Positions 39,445-52,600 of a DNA stretch of 64,000 nt are shown here, one piece after another; position 1 is the first letter of the stretch, and each line of letters begins with the position of its first letter. The notes below the pieces were generated by a model, which was not told the origin of the DNA, searched no databases, and saw nothing but the letters and a program-made list of their open reading frames with translations. Source of the DNA: Styela clava (Eukaryota). The position numbers and the translations under genes are program-made. The stretch is from the NCBI RefSeq assembly GCF_964204865.1, contig NC_135264.1, positions 1,984,001-2,048,000 of the forward strand. The letters are read 5' to 3'.

Positions 39445-42337
39445 TTACTCTAGCATATGCAAATTACATATGCAAAGATTAAACTAAAATAACAATTGTA
39501 ATTTGCAATATATTTTAAACTATGAATTCTGTTTAAGAAGTTTTATAATTATTTGGTAATTTAAATCTATGCAATCTTTATATAGAATATCAGAATGACT
39601 GTTCCCGACCAGTGCTACAAAGCCTACCAATTATTTCGTGTTTTTCAACCAATTACTTTTCAAAACTGTAAACATTACTAATTTAGAGCTGAACTGCAGA
39701 ATGTGTTTTATTACCGTGCAGAAAGTCGAAATAGTTTGGTTTGAAATAACTCCCTTATATAAACAAAAAATTGGGCAACTTTCTTATGATTTGTAATTTT
39801 GATTGAAAGCATTCGAATGATCAGTCAGATTTAGATGTAGTTCACATAAGCTACTTGTAGTGAAGCCATTCGAGGAAAACTTATTTAAACCGTTTTCAAA
39901 ACTTTTTTACTTAAACATTATCATTACACTAAAATAAAATATCAACAATTTATCGGATGTTGATAACATACTATACGTCACTGACCTCCTAAGTAAATGT
40001 CGTATAAATCATTGGCATGGGTCGCTTGTCCTAAAATCTTAGTCGCATGCATTATGCTTAAGAATAAAATGTCCAAAGAATTGCAAGATGATAAAAAATA
40101 TATAAATATCAAATAATTGGCTCCAATATGATTGGAAATAGCTTCTCAACCATGAAAAAAAGTAAGTCAAAATATTACAAAATAGAACTTCGTGGCAAAT
40201 TTTAGAATAATTATTATTTAAACATTATCCAAAAACTTCCCAAACTAATGTACCAAGGATAAACACACATAAACCCCCGGCAAATCAGAACAGAATAGTA
40301 AGTAAATGATTAAATTCCAATTGCGCACTTGGATTAGTTGTGTTTTGAATAAATATAAAAAAACAGATATTAAATGACTTTTTTGTCCCTCAAAATATAT
40401 TTTACTTAATAATCAAATATATATTGCATTTATTTTATTATCAATACGTCACTCAACTTCACCGTTTATACTCTAGTTCTGGTAGAAGTAGGAGGCTGAA
40501 TGAAACTGGTCCCAGACGTAGAAGAGACAAAATGCGAAAATTTCACATTGCATAATTACATTAAAGTTACGTTTTACAATAGACCTTATTCATTAAAAAC
40601 CCATCCTACGCGCAAAAAGAAAAGTGATAGAAAAAAAAATATTTTAACATTAGCTCTTATGGGGAATGTGATCACCAGAGCAGAAATTTGCATTTTATGT
40701 AATTTTTTAGATATCTTTCATTGTATACGTGAGCAGTTTTGAAGATAAAATATTTTTTACATCTTTTTTGATATTTTTATTATGATAAACATGGTCAAGA
40801 TTTTTAATAATCGTTCATTGAAATTTTAATGAGCGCGGTGTTTCCGATGACGTCATTCTCACTAGACCATGAGATTCTGCCAACGCGCCGTGCTCTGTGG
40901 GATATGCGCTGCAAAATCTTCTTCAGTTGAAACAAGGGAGAGATGCTAAAATATATGGACACGAAACCCAAAGCAAAATAGTAGTCCACATTTCCCTCCT
41001 ACGGTACCAGTACCGCCAAAAAAACTTCCGACATTGGCATAGCAAGAGTGTAGCACAAGATAGATCGAAGAACCACTACAGATAATTTTGAATTTAATTA
41101 GATTAATTTTCAATAGGTCATCACACAAAATACAATCTTTAACCACTCAAAATTTCAAAGCAATTAATGCTGAAGTTAATGAGGAAGGCGATTTTCTTTT
41201 CCATATGGTAACAACAAGAAGAAAAATACCAACAAGAACAACAACATGATACCAAAACGATCCATAGGTCCATTTTGTGTCCAATAGTTATTCTGAATGG
41301 TAAATAGTCAACCAAAGCGACATATATATGTGGACCAGATATTTTACATCCAAAGCAGGTTTTTAAATAAACTAAGCTTCATGGTTACAATGTCGTTCCC
41401 GAGAAAATGACCCAGAGTTGATTGACAAGAGTTTGTCCCAAGTTGGTGAAACCAAGTTCAGACCTGAAGATGACCACAGGCAGGCAGTACAGAATAGTCA
41501 ATAAAAATACCTCATGAACTTCATTATAGTTTCCGATATTATATACAGGATACAATGTATACACTCTCAGATCTATGCTATTTTCATCTGATTAACATTG
41601 AAAAGATAGCAAATATATATGATATACGTTTATATATTATAAGTATGTGACTATAAGAAATAAACAATAAATACAAGATACATTACCGAAAGTGGTTTCA
41701 CCAAAACCTATGACGTGTTATTAACTCTAGCTGATACGGTGGGAAAGTATTTCTAATCACGAAGTCACGGAAATTAAAATTGATATTAAGTGGTGTCTTG
41801 GAACGGATTTTAAATTTGTGAAATATAATTGGAAATGGAATTGGCTGGCACCAAAAACATAGTTCTTCCAATTGTTCCAGAATTGCAATTTTAAGATTGA
41901 TTAATTTTGTTTTTACTGTTTTAGTAGAATTGAGTTAATTTGGGGGGTCTGATAAACGAAGTGGATACACGTGGATTTGCATGTCTACGGTAGCTTAATT
42001 GAAACTCACATTTTACAATCAGCTAAGACCCAGACCTGGTAATTTCAGACTTGAGTTCGCTCTATTCTAGACTAGATCCGAAGCACAACTATTAGGTGAG
42101 TATAACAATATGAAAGTCGTTAGTATTCTGCGAGGGATGTGATATGCAAATATTTTTCAGCTATAATATGTTGAAACAGCCTAGGGCCTAGGCACTGTTG
42201 ATTTACTTTACATTACTTTATTATAAGTTTTAGCTTTTTGAAACTTCAAAGGCTTAAGTATTTTCAATACCCATCACCATGAATAAAATACAGTACTAAT
42301 GTCACCGCTTCAACTTAATTTTTCGTTTGTCAACGCC

Positions 42338-43321
42338 TCAGAAACTGTTCAAAATTTTGAAGTGATTTTCTAACGTTCTCGAAACGTTCCATCGTGTTTC
42401 ATTATAGTTTACATCCAGATTCCTCAGTTGTGATCCAAACTGAGATAATTCCTCTTCGTATCGAGGTTGCATCGGGTCGTTGATTCCCCACAATGTAACT
42501 TGAACATATATTTTAATATTTTTCATCCATATTCCATCTTTTAAATATGCTAAGACATTAGAATCCACTACCCACAGGCCACGTGTTCCACTATGGCCTC
42601 CATCGAGCCAATATAATTCAGAAATTTTTGCAACAAACTTCCTTACAGATTTATAATCTTCGTCTTCTGACAATGCAACTGAATATTTTTTCGACATATA
42701 TGCAACTTCGTGCAAAAACTGATTCAAAACAATGCATCCCTTGCTAAATCCTACAAGAATTATTGGCCTATTAAGTGTCGTGTTGTGAAATTTCATTGTT
42801 TGGTGTTGCCCAGAAGAAAGAAGTTTTACGAAATGAGTTAGCCCACCATGTGACGCGTTATGAGGGATAACCGGAATACCGTAGTCAACGTCGTCATTAA
42901 CAGCGAACGGAAGAAAGTTTGGGTAAAGACTGAAAATTCCCCCATTTCGCTTTGAAGGTTGCACTATCCATAAACAGTTGTTGGGGAATCTTTTTTTTAG
43001 TATTCGAAACATTTTTTCATAACTCCAATTAATCCATTCAACGCTGAGATCGTACTTTTTCATGTTTTTCTCGAAATCTTGTATATCTCCAGGAAAGAAT
43101 ACAACATGGCCATATGATTGTGATGACACAGGACAAGAATAAACTAAACTGTTCCGGCGACCTTCCAAGCCCTCTATATCTTGAAAATTTCGAAATTCCT
43201 CATCATTTTCTGGTGCATCAGTTATTGTTGAACCACTTTGATTCAATGTTATTTCCAAGAGCAAAATTAAAATTATAAATGCGACTAAGGCGAATGACGA
43301 TTCATATGAGGAAGCTAGCAT
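42338..43321 (-). CDS. C2orf69: C2orf69 (UPF0565)-like alpha/beta-hydrolase-fold protein, single coding exon
   Basis: Motifs VVFFPGDIQ, WSYE, LVGFSKGCIVLNQFLHE, YWLDGGH and LENHF match the family. First ATG is at 43321 (the ORF track starts at an upstream TTG). Confidence 0.85.
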   Translation of the reverse strand: MLASSYESSFALVAFIILILLLEITLNQSGSTITDAPENDEEFRNFQDIEGLEGRRNSLVYSCPVSSQSYGHVVFFPGDIQDFEKNMKKYDLSVEWINWSYEKMFRILKKRFPNNCLWIVQPSKRNGGIFSLYPNFLPFAVNDDVDYGIPVIPHNASHGGLTHFVKLLSSGQHQTMKFHNTTLNRPIILVGFSKGCIVLNQFLHEVAYMSKKYSVALSEDEDYKSVRKFVAKISELYWLDGGHSGTRGLWVVDSNVLAYLKDGIWMKNIKIYVQVTLWGINDPMQPRYEEELSQFGSQLRNLDVNYNETRWNVSRTLENHFKILNSF

Positions 43322-44865
43322 TATTGGCAATGAGTTGCACTAATCTTCCTGGAACAAAAAGTATTAAAATTACAAAACTATTCCGCCATATTTAAAAAGC
43401 TGCATCGATTTTTTACTCCAAGTCTTTGTATCGATTTTCGAGTGAGATAAAATCTTGCGCCACGAAAGAGCATACGCCCAAGGCCGTCATTGTGGTTGTA
43501 AATTGAAACGTAATAAACTGATGTAGGTTGTGATGTCATTTATACCAGGTGTATAACAATACATACAATCAGAAAAAAAAAACATATTTACAGGGTACGA
43601 ATTTGAAACCCAACTTTACCTCTCCTAGTGTAAATGGGATCAATTTAATCGATGTTCATTCATTTTTCCACGGTAATACAGTGTAAGCGAGAGGTTGGTA
43701 AACTTTTGTCATTTGCAGACAAACAGTAAATATTGTATGACTTGGCAAGCATGAATATTTTTTGCATGTAATAGTCAGATAAGAAATGCACAAAGCGTTT
43801 CGCACTAATGCTATTTTTTGCGTGGTTAGTTAAATTTAAATTGAGATTTCTCTCGAGAAGGTCTGAATATCCAAAAATAATATAAATCTCAAATAGAATA
43901 TAGATTATTAAATTTTCCAGTTTAATAGGCTTCATTTGAGAATTGTCTGCGACAAAATTAATGTTAACATCATTCGGAGTACTCAGAAGAACGAAAACCA
44001 GAAAATTGAGAAGAGAATTCATTCGTAACTCCTTTTCCCCAGACATGAAATCTTTGTGGTTTCCTGGGTTTGACAAAATTAACGAAGTTATTAAATAAGC
44101 ATTTCTCGAATGCGCGTTTGAGTCATTCAGGGTCGCGAAATTCAGTACAACACTTTATTTCGCTTCTGGGAAATGGAAAATAAAGACATTCCATTGCGTA
44201 CACTCCTCTCTAGCAACCTGTGCTATTGTCTATATTCAAAATGATATTCAAAATTCAAATATATATATATATATATATTCTGTTCTTTTTTAGATATTCC
44301 ATCAAAATCTGATGTATTAGGGCTTTCGATCATTTTATGAAGCTGCCGAGGCTGCAAAAGATGTGGCGCAGCTTGTACTGCCTGGCTAGATTCCGTTGAT
44401 ATTTATGTCGTTAATAAGTTAAATACTAAATCTTCTGTTATTATTTGTTCAAGTCAGAGCGCGTGATGCAATTTTTTTCATATCACTGTTATCTGAATAA
44501 ACAATAAGCGCGTGATTGTGACGCGGATTTGTGTCGTGCTTGATAGCTTCAATGAAATATAAAAGTGCTGCCTGAATATTTAAAAGCACAAATGTAGCTA
44601 AACGCATTTGGGAGTAAGACACGTGTTTGTGACTCGCTAATTGCAAATAGTCCTCCATACTATTTTAGTGACCTTTAATAGTGCTTCGACTCATTTCATT
44701 ATTAGTAGTTACAAAGGGTGCAATTTCAGGCAGTGTGTCGTTAAAGCTTCGTTAGTTCGATTATTATATTTTGCAACACGTTTTATGATTTTTTCATGAT
44801 TTATGTTTGTTGTTCACCTTTTGTCTTTAGATATTTGAGAATCGCTATACTCTCACCCACACATC

Positions 44866-46401
44866 ATGAAAATTAACACTTATGTCATCATAATTATGAT
44901 GACTGAATTTTGCGTAGGTGCCGCGATGGCGGATTCTCGTCCTAATATTTTGTTCATATTAGCCGATGACTTTGGATTCAATGATATTGGATATCATGCC
45001 AGTGAACATGAATCAGCAATAAAAACTCCTCATTTGGATTTCTTGGCTGAGAACGGAATAAAACTCGAAAATTATTACGTTCAACCAATTTGCTCGCCAA
45101 CCAGGAGTCAACTAATGAGTGGTCGTTATCAGATTCATACAGGTTTGCAGCACGGAGTGATTCGACCTTCACAACCAAACGCGTTGCCAATTCAAAATAA
45201 GATCATGCCTGAACAATTAAAAAATTGTGGCTACGATACACACATGGTGGGAAAATGGCATCTTGGTTTTTATGAAGAAAAATTTTTGCCATGGAAAAGA
45301 GGTTTTAACTCGTATTTTGGGTATTTAACCGGAGCTGAGGACTACTATACTCATGAGCGATGTTTCAATGGAATGTGCGGAGAAGATATGTGGGATTCTG
45401 AAATTGGACCCGTGAATAACACATGGGGGAATAACACATATTCCGCTCATTTATTCGCTAGAAAAGCAATTGAGGCAATTGACAAACGTGATTCTACAAA
45501 ACCGTTGATCATGTATTTGGCATATCAATCTGTACACGGGCCTTTGCAAGTGCCAGATAAGTATACTGAAATGTTCAAAGACATTAAAGATAAAGCACGA
45601 AGAACTTACGCTGGAATGGTGTTAGCATTAGATGAGTCAGTTTAGAATGTGACTCAGCACTTAGCTAAAGTTGGTATTCTGGATAACACTATCATTGTGT
45701 TTTCCACTGATAACGGCGGCCAGACTATGGCCGGTGGTAATAACTGGCCACTAAGAGGGAGGAAAGCCACTCTTTGGGAAGGTGGCGTTAGAGGAGCGGG
45801 ATTCATGTATGGTAAACTACTCGAGGCTAAAGGTGTGACACATAAGGGGCTGTTACATGTTTCAGACTGGTTTCCGACACTACTACAAGGTGTCGCAATG
45901 TGTTCAACATTAAATGGTACCCAGCCATTAGATGGATACAATCAATGGGACGCCATTCGTCAAAAGGAATCATCGCCCAGAACGGAAATTTTACATAACA
46001 TTGACCCTTTGTATAGTGCCAATTCAAATGAGACAGAAATGCAAAACATTATTATCAATGGATTTGACATTAAGGTTCACGCAGCAATTCGAAGTGGACC
46101 TTGGAAATTACTAACTGGAAATCCGGGCTTTGACCAATGGGTAAAACCTCCCGAATCCGAACAAAATGGAGTTGGCCAAATGACCTATGCTAATTCGTCC
46201 TCAAATGTAATGTTGTTCAACATAGAGAATGACCCTTATGAACATAACGAAGTATCCGAAATGAATCCGACAATAGTTCAAAATCTTCTTAGTAAACTCG
46301 CTAAATATAATTCAACTGCCGTTCCTGTTAGATATCCACCAATGGATGCGAAGGCGAATCCCAAAATGCATGGTGGCTTCTGGAGCCCTTGGATGAAATA
46401 A
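44866..46401 (+). CDS. Arylsulfatase B/I/J-like sulfatase, intronless, interrupted by one in-frame TAG (possible null allele or base-call error)
   Basis: Signal-like N-terminus, PNILFILADD, CSPTR (formylglycine motif), VGKWHLG, STDNGG, NWPLRGRK, WEGGVR. Both ORF halves are in one frame, separated only by TAG at 45643-45645. Confidence 0.85.
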
Positions 46402-47673
46402 TTGTAGAATAACGTGTACTGTGCTGTGTGCTGTGCTGTGTTTACAATTACAGTAATTTGATTGCCTAATAAAAATAACATTATATTCAATTATATAAAT
46501 AGTATTATACTTTTTTTTTTAATTCTAAAATCTAGGTTAAAACAACCATCTACATATGCAATTTTCTGAGATATACCATATGATTTATTATATATAATAT
46601 ATTCAAAGGACTTAGTAGTTGTTACTGGTTTGTCTCCCAATTATAGAACAACGTTTTAAAGTAGGTTTTTATCGAATTAATCCCTAGATAGGAACTACAA
46701 AATGAATTGAAACCTCGTATTTCGGATCCCAATCGCAATTACAAGGAATTGGGCGAGATTCGGAAGCAGAATTGGTGTAATAAGAATTCACACAATTTCG
46801 GATTCGATATCACGTCCACCTCGTTTTCATTGAGTCCTTATTTATTTTTGTTTTAACTAACCGGCGCCTTCGTTATATATATATATATACATTCACCTCC
46901 AAAAAGCTCAGTTAAAAAACGATATTCGTTCGAAATAATGCGAAGATCTCCATTGACATACAAATGTAATGTATAACAGGCTATTATCAAAAAAAAATAA
47001 GATTCTCATCGTTAGCGACCACCAAATCGAAAACTTCTCTAAACTTTAGTAATTTGATGTCAAGTGTACTCTACCGGTGTTCTAATGCAAATCCATGAAA
47101 ACACAGCAATGAGTTTCTTTGGAATATTTTAGTGAGTTGGTTAGATGATAGTATATTACTAGAGTCCTAGACAATCAAACATAATTCGTTCAAGATTGGT
47201 ATTCGACTACCGATGACATAAGAAACAATGGTTATTATTTTAATTCGTTCTTACGCCTTTGAAATCACAAATGTGTACCTAAACAACAATAAACATTCAA
47301 ACGTGTACCTAATGAAAATTGAACAATAAGAGGTCAATATATGTATAAATCGCGTATCAGTTACTGTACGTTTGAGCAAATTACTGTGGTTTCTATGGGA
47401 TTCGTTTTATGTATGAGATGAAGTCATCAAAAATTGCACACATTTTGGCGGTTCCACTTTTGTGTTAGTCGATAAGATTGCTGTATACTGGTAGTCTACT
47501 GTGACAGATTGAATACCCGAACTACTCCGTTTCCATATATTTGAGCATCGATCTCTTGTTGAGTGGTCAAGAGATGCGCGGTTCGGGTGACGTAATCTCA
47601 CTCGGTGGCGTGCTCGGGTGTTCGGGCATCGAATTTCTGTTCAATTACAGCAGCATTTTTGACTAGAATATTT

Positions 47674-47908
47674 GGTACTCCCGTAGTATGTGAACCAAGA
47701 TGGCGGACACCGGGACGTGGTATGTGTACCAGGTTAGGGTTCGACCACAATCTCAGGTAAAAACACTTCGGGAGTCACTTGGCTAGTCCCCAAATTCGTA
47801 ATAGAACTAAAACAAGGAAAATTGGAATAAAATTATGGCCTAAGCCGACCTGCTACACATACTATGTTCAGGTGTCCGCCATCTTGGTTCACATACTACG
47901 GGAGCGCC
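47674..47908. mobile_element. Complete MITE with long TIRs (GGTACTCCCGTAGTATG family)
   Basis: ~60-bp imperfect TIRs; TSD gaatattt / gaattttt; the second duplication unit shows the empty site. Confidence 0.85.
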
Positions 47909-48543
47909 GAATTTTTCATTCGACTTACGAATTGTTCGATTATCGAGGTATGACTGTATATTTAATTAAAAGGAAACCAAGATGTCGGCAATTGTTCTCA
48001 TAAAAGAATGCATTCATTCGCCTTTATTCACTATTGAAATGGATGCACAGATACCAAACATATCAATTAATAGAAATTTTATCAAAGAAAACGAATGACA
48101 GAATAAGATTCTTGAATATATTATTGATTGGTATTAAGATTGGTATTCGACTACCGATAACATAAGAAGCAATGGTTATTTTTTTCAATCCATTCTTACG
48201 CATTCTAAAATACCCAAAATATTAACAAATGTGTACCTAAACAACAATAAACAACACCTAATGAAAATTGAACAAAGGGAGGTCAATATATATATAAATC
48301 GCGTATCAGTTGCTGTACGTTTGGGCAAATTACTGTGGTTTCTTTGGAATTCGTTTTATGTATGCGATGAAATCATCAAAACTTGCGCACATTTGGCGGT
48401 TCCACTTTCGTGTTAGTCAAGAAGATTGCTGTATACTGGTAGCCTATACTGTGACATATTGGATACCAAAACTCTTTCATTTTGGCTTTCTTTTCCATAT
48501 AGTCGAGCATCGATTGTTGATTTAATGTTGAATTGTCGAGAGA

Positions 48544-48902
48544 CAGGCCGCATGATTTTCGGGAAATGATAGTAAAACATTTCGTTATAGACGTGTCCAT
48601 ATATTCGAGCATAGCTCTCTGGTCAGTTATAAAGAGCGAAATATATTCAGCATTAACAATATACTTCGTGAAAGGGCTGATGGACACATGTATAATAGTT
48701 ATGAATACAAAGTTAACAAAGTCCGTAAATTTTGTTGTTCGCATGTCTCTTCGTACATGTAGTCCTATTTCTTAGATGCTAAACCTAAATTTAACAATTT
48801 TTACTGAATTTTATTCCAATGGGAATCTTGTGGGACGGGGCAGGCATATTTGCTACGGGATGGGAATGGGATAGAATGATATATGTCCCACGGACAAGCC
48901 TG
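48544..48902. mobile_element. Inverted copy of the 21767 MITE with a deletion near one end
   Basis: Reverse-complement similarity to 21767-22110; ends ggacaagcctg. Confidence 0.8.
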
Positions 48903-49639
48903 CGAATTCCTGTTCGATTACCGCAGCATTATTGACTAGAATTGTTTAGTCGACTACCGAATTGTACGATTGTCAAGGTATAATATAAATGTATATTTAA
49001 TTGAAAGGAAACCAAGATGTCGGCAATTGTTCTCATATAAGAATGCATTCATTCGTCTTTATTCAGTATTGAAATGGATGCACAGATTCACAAAACATAT
49101 AAATTAATAGGAACTTAATAAATGAAAACGAAATACAGAATAAGATTCTTGAATATAATAAACTATTATTATTGGAAAAGACTATAAGCAGGCTATTGTG
49201 TCATAAGATATTTCCAGAATACACGCCATTGTGGCAATTGAAATGATATTCATTAAATTATGCAACATTATTGTAGTATTGTAGATATAGAGTATTACCT
49301 ATTGTTCAATATTGAATTCTTTGTATATGCGCAGGATACTGAATATGCACGTAGAAAATATAAATCCACGCTGTGGAGGGCAGGATAACACAACACGCCG
49401 AAGAGCAAAGACCAACTGTTTGAAAGCAACGAGGTATTTATTTATATTCTTTTGTCAAATAGCTATGGTGATTGGGATGCGAACCAAAGTCATCTAACGA
49501 CGGCGAGACTGAAATTAACTATGCGATCTATTTAATTATCTATGTTTTACTGACTTTGGGTTCGAACCTGTCATCAAACAATCTGTGTATTAATTTGTTT
49601 ACATCATAGGTTTCAGAATAAAGAAAATCTTCAAAGAAA

Positions 49640-52600
49640 ATGCGTCTGAAAGTTGCAGCTATTCTTTTTGTCGCATTCTCTCTCCTACTGGTGGAGGAGT
49701 CTCGGGGCTGGAGGAGAATTTTTCGACGAGTAGGAAGGATAGTTAAGAGGGTTGTGAAGGCCTACAAACGTATTAGAGGAACTACGTAAGTTTCTTTACA
49801 TTGATCCTATAAATATTTAATTTATTACACTGAACAGTTTATTGTCTTTGCGAGCGCTCCAGAAGTGTGTGTACCAATATGAAGGTAACTACTTTTGATC
49901 GCCTATTTTACATCAAGTTGCGTAATGGGACTAAAACCTATGGACTGGGGGATATTCACTTGGCTAATAAAGACAGTCCCCGAACTCGTAATAGAACTAA
50001 AATAAGTAAAAATTAGAATAAAACTATGGCCTAACTATTATAATCTGGTACACATACAGCGGGAGTACCCCATCGCGAATTCTTCGCATGTCACACACCT
50101 CAAATGTACTAGACTAATAGTGTTTTTTGTGTATTCTTAACATTAAAATAAAAATTTTAAGTTCATTGGCAAGAATTTACTTTTTTAAGTTGCAAGTGAC
50201 GTCCAAGTTAAGTAGCAAGTGACGTTCAACTTATTTTCAAGCTCAATTTATTTTCATTGATATTTTTCACGGAAAATTATATGAATAAAACTATATTCTT
50301 AATGGGACGGATGAAACACTTCGACAGGCCGGATACGGCCCGATGCCACAATTTGCCCACCCGATTTAAACAATAAAAAGAACAAATTTATTTTGAGGTT
50401 AAGTTTTCGGTGTGTCCGTGGTAAAAATAAGAAACACTTTCTCCAGTGCGATATAAAATTCGAATATCAATTTTCTCTGATGCTTAGTTTTTGCGGTGCA
50501 GGGAGTCTAATTAAAAAAATTGAAACGACGATTATTATATTCTTCTATATATTATACTCTTCATTTATTTGAATACTTACGACACTTTACTTTTATAGCG
50601 GGGGCCACATTGCAATAGAAGCGGTCAAAAAATATCTTACAACTGTATGGAACAACAAAGAAGAAATCAATGAGCTGAGAGAGCTGAGAGAAAAGGTAAT
50701 CCACTATAATCTGTTTGACATAAAGCTAGCGTTTATTAACCCTTTTCCAGCGGCTAAGCTCATATGAGAGAATATTTACGCTTAATTTTGTGCTCGGTAA
50801 ACTACTGTTAATATCGCTCTTAGCTCTTTGTTGACTTTATCGCCTGATATGAGAGAAGCGATGGAACCTTCCAGCCGTGACGCATCGTGCGAATTCTATA
50901 AATAGCGTGGATTTCAAAATCGCCTGTCAGACGTCTGAAAATGTCGACTCAGCTCAGACAGGAAATACTCCTTTATAATGACTTATTGTTGGTTTAGCAT
51001 GTATTTTCAGACATATATACTATCCCTGACCATCCCTGGCGCTGTGTTGTTTTGATAAATATGATTTTGACTGCTCCATAGTTGGCAGAAGTATGGAGAT
51101 TTTTTGTAGTTAAAAAAAACGTAAAATTAATGGTAATTTTAACGCGTAAATGCGCGTATGGGATTGTTTACGCCGTTCTACGCGCATTTCCGTCGAAAAA
51201 ATTTAATTTTTTTGCGTTGGGGGTGGTCTGTGCAGTAATAATAAGAGCTGTGACGTCATCAAAATCAGTAATTTTAGCCTTGAACTTGATACACCTGTAG
51301 ATACAATTGTGAATTTCAGAGTAATAACCATTTATGCTATAATAGGCGTTTCGGTGATGTTGTGTTAGGAAAAACTTGACGAAAACGTTGAAAAAAAAAT
51401 TAATTAATTAGGAATTAATTATTAACCCTCTACTGTACACAGAATTTCTAAAAGTCTAATTTATTTTTAGAAATTTTTGAGATATTTTTGCAAAAAAATT
51501 TTTTTTTCGGAGTGTAATTTAAAGATATATTGCTGAATAGAACTCTAGCACACGCCTTTAAAAATCCATAAGAGAAGCTTTAGGGCTTAGTGGTTGACAA
51601 AAAAAATAACTTTAAAAAGACCATGTCAAATAAATTGGGTCAACAGCTGTCAGAGAGTTAAAGTGTTAAGACTTGACCGTTTTAGCATCACAGGTTACAA
51701 ATCTCGAGTTTAAATTCTAGAGATATAAGTGATACTTGTGCAGGGGCAAAAGTCGCGAATACGTGTCGTATGAAGATCAAATGTTTACGTTTTCCATTTA
51801 CATTGCAAATGTCGTAAAAATTCTTCGCTTTGCCGCGAATGCCCGTGACGAAATATTATTGAAACAATCTTACCTGGCGTGAACTATTTGCTATTAACTG
51901 ATAAAGCAGAGTATTGAATGGCAACTCTTGAGTATTGCCCATATTTACGAGTCAATGTTAATATGATTAACTGGGTATTCGTCTTAGAAACGTGTACTTG
52001 ATAGTTAAGGAAGCCCCAACTGTTATGCAAAAAACCCACGACGCCAAGGAGTACAGCAATCCTGTCGCACATAATTATACCCGCTGAATTTCAACCTGCA
52101 CTCTCGCATAGAGTAATCAAAAGATCAAATAGCAACGTGTTCCTAACGCCAAGCACAACGCCATAACCGTTGACATTGGTTACTTTTGTAGCTTCCAAAT
52201 TTCAGCACAACTTTCTCTTTGTTTAGGACGAAGAAGCCTATATGAAAGCAATGTCCATGATCGCTGATGAAATTGCGGCAGAATCTGGAGATGGTGAAGC
52301 TCAGTTCATGGTGGAAATGTTGGACGAACTTGCCAGCATGCCTGACGGTAATTTGTTTAATTTGACGGTAGAGTGTTTGCACTGGATACGAAAGAACTGA
52401 TATGTAGGGTGTTATAACGTTTGGAAATAGGCCAAAATTCTCCTATTCGATATTTAGTCAAGTCACAGTATTTCACACATTGTAAGTTCACGAGTCTGAC
52501 CATACTTTTAGCTCTATCTGAACCCTTAACCTAGAATGTTGCGCATATCACTGGATTGCGCGAAGCAACTTTAAATTGAATAAATAGCAATTGCACGTCC

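Larger units (their letters stand above)
47192..49157. repeat. Direct tandem duplication (47192-48120 and 48136-49157)
   Basis: Both units begin aagattggtattcgactaccgat and end taagattcttgaatata; they are collinear apart from different insertions. Confidence 0.9.

Noticed and set aside
40760-41284. Repeat-like segment with short ORFs and caacaa runs
   Set aside because: Probably a transposon fragment, but TIRs and TSD could not be delimited, so it was not called.
43660-44076. 138-aa minus-strand ORF upstream of C2orf69
   Set aside because: Non-ATG start, AT-rich composition, no recognisable motif or splice logic.
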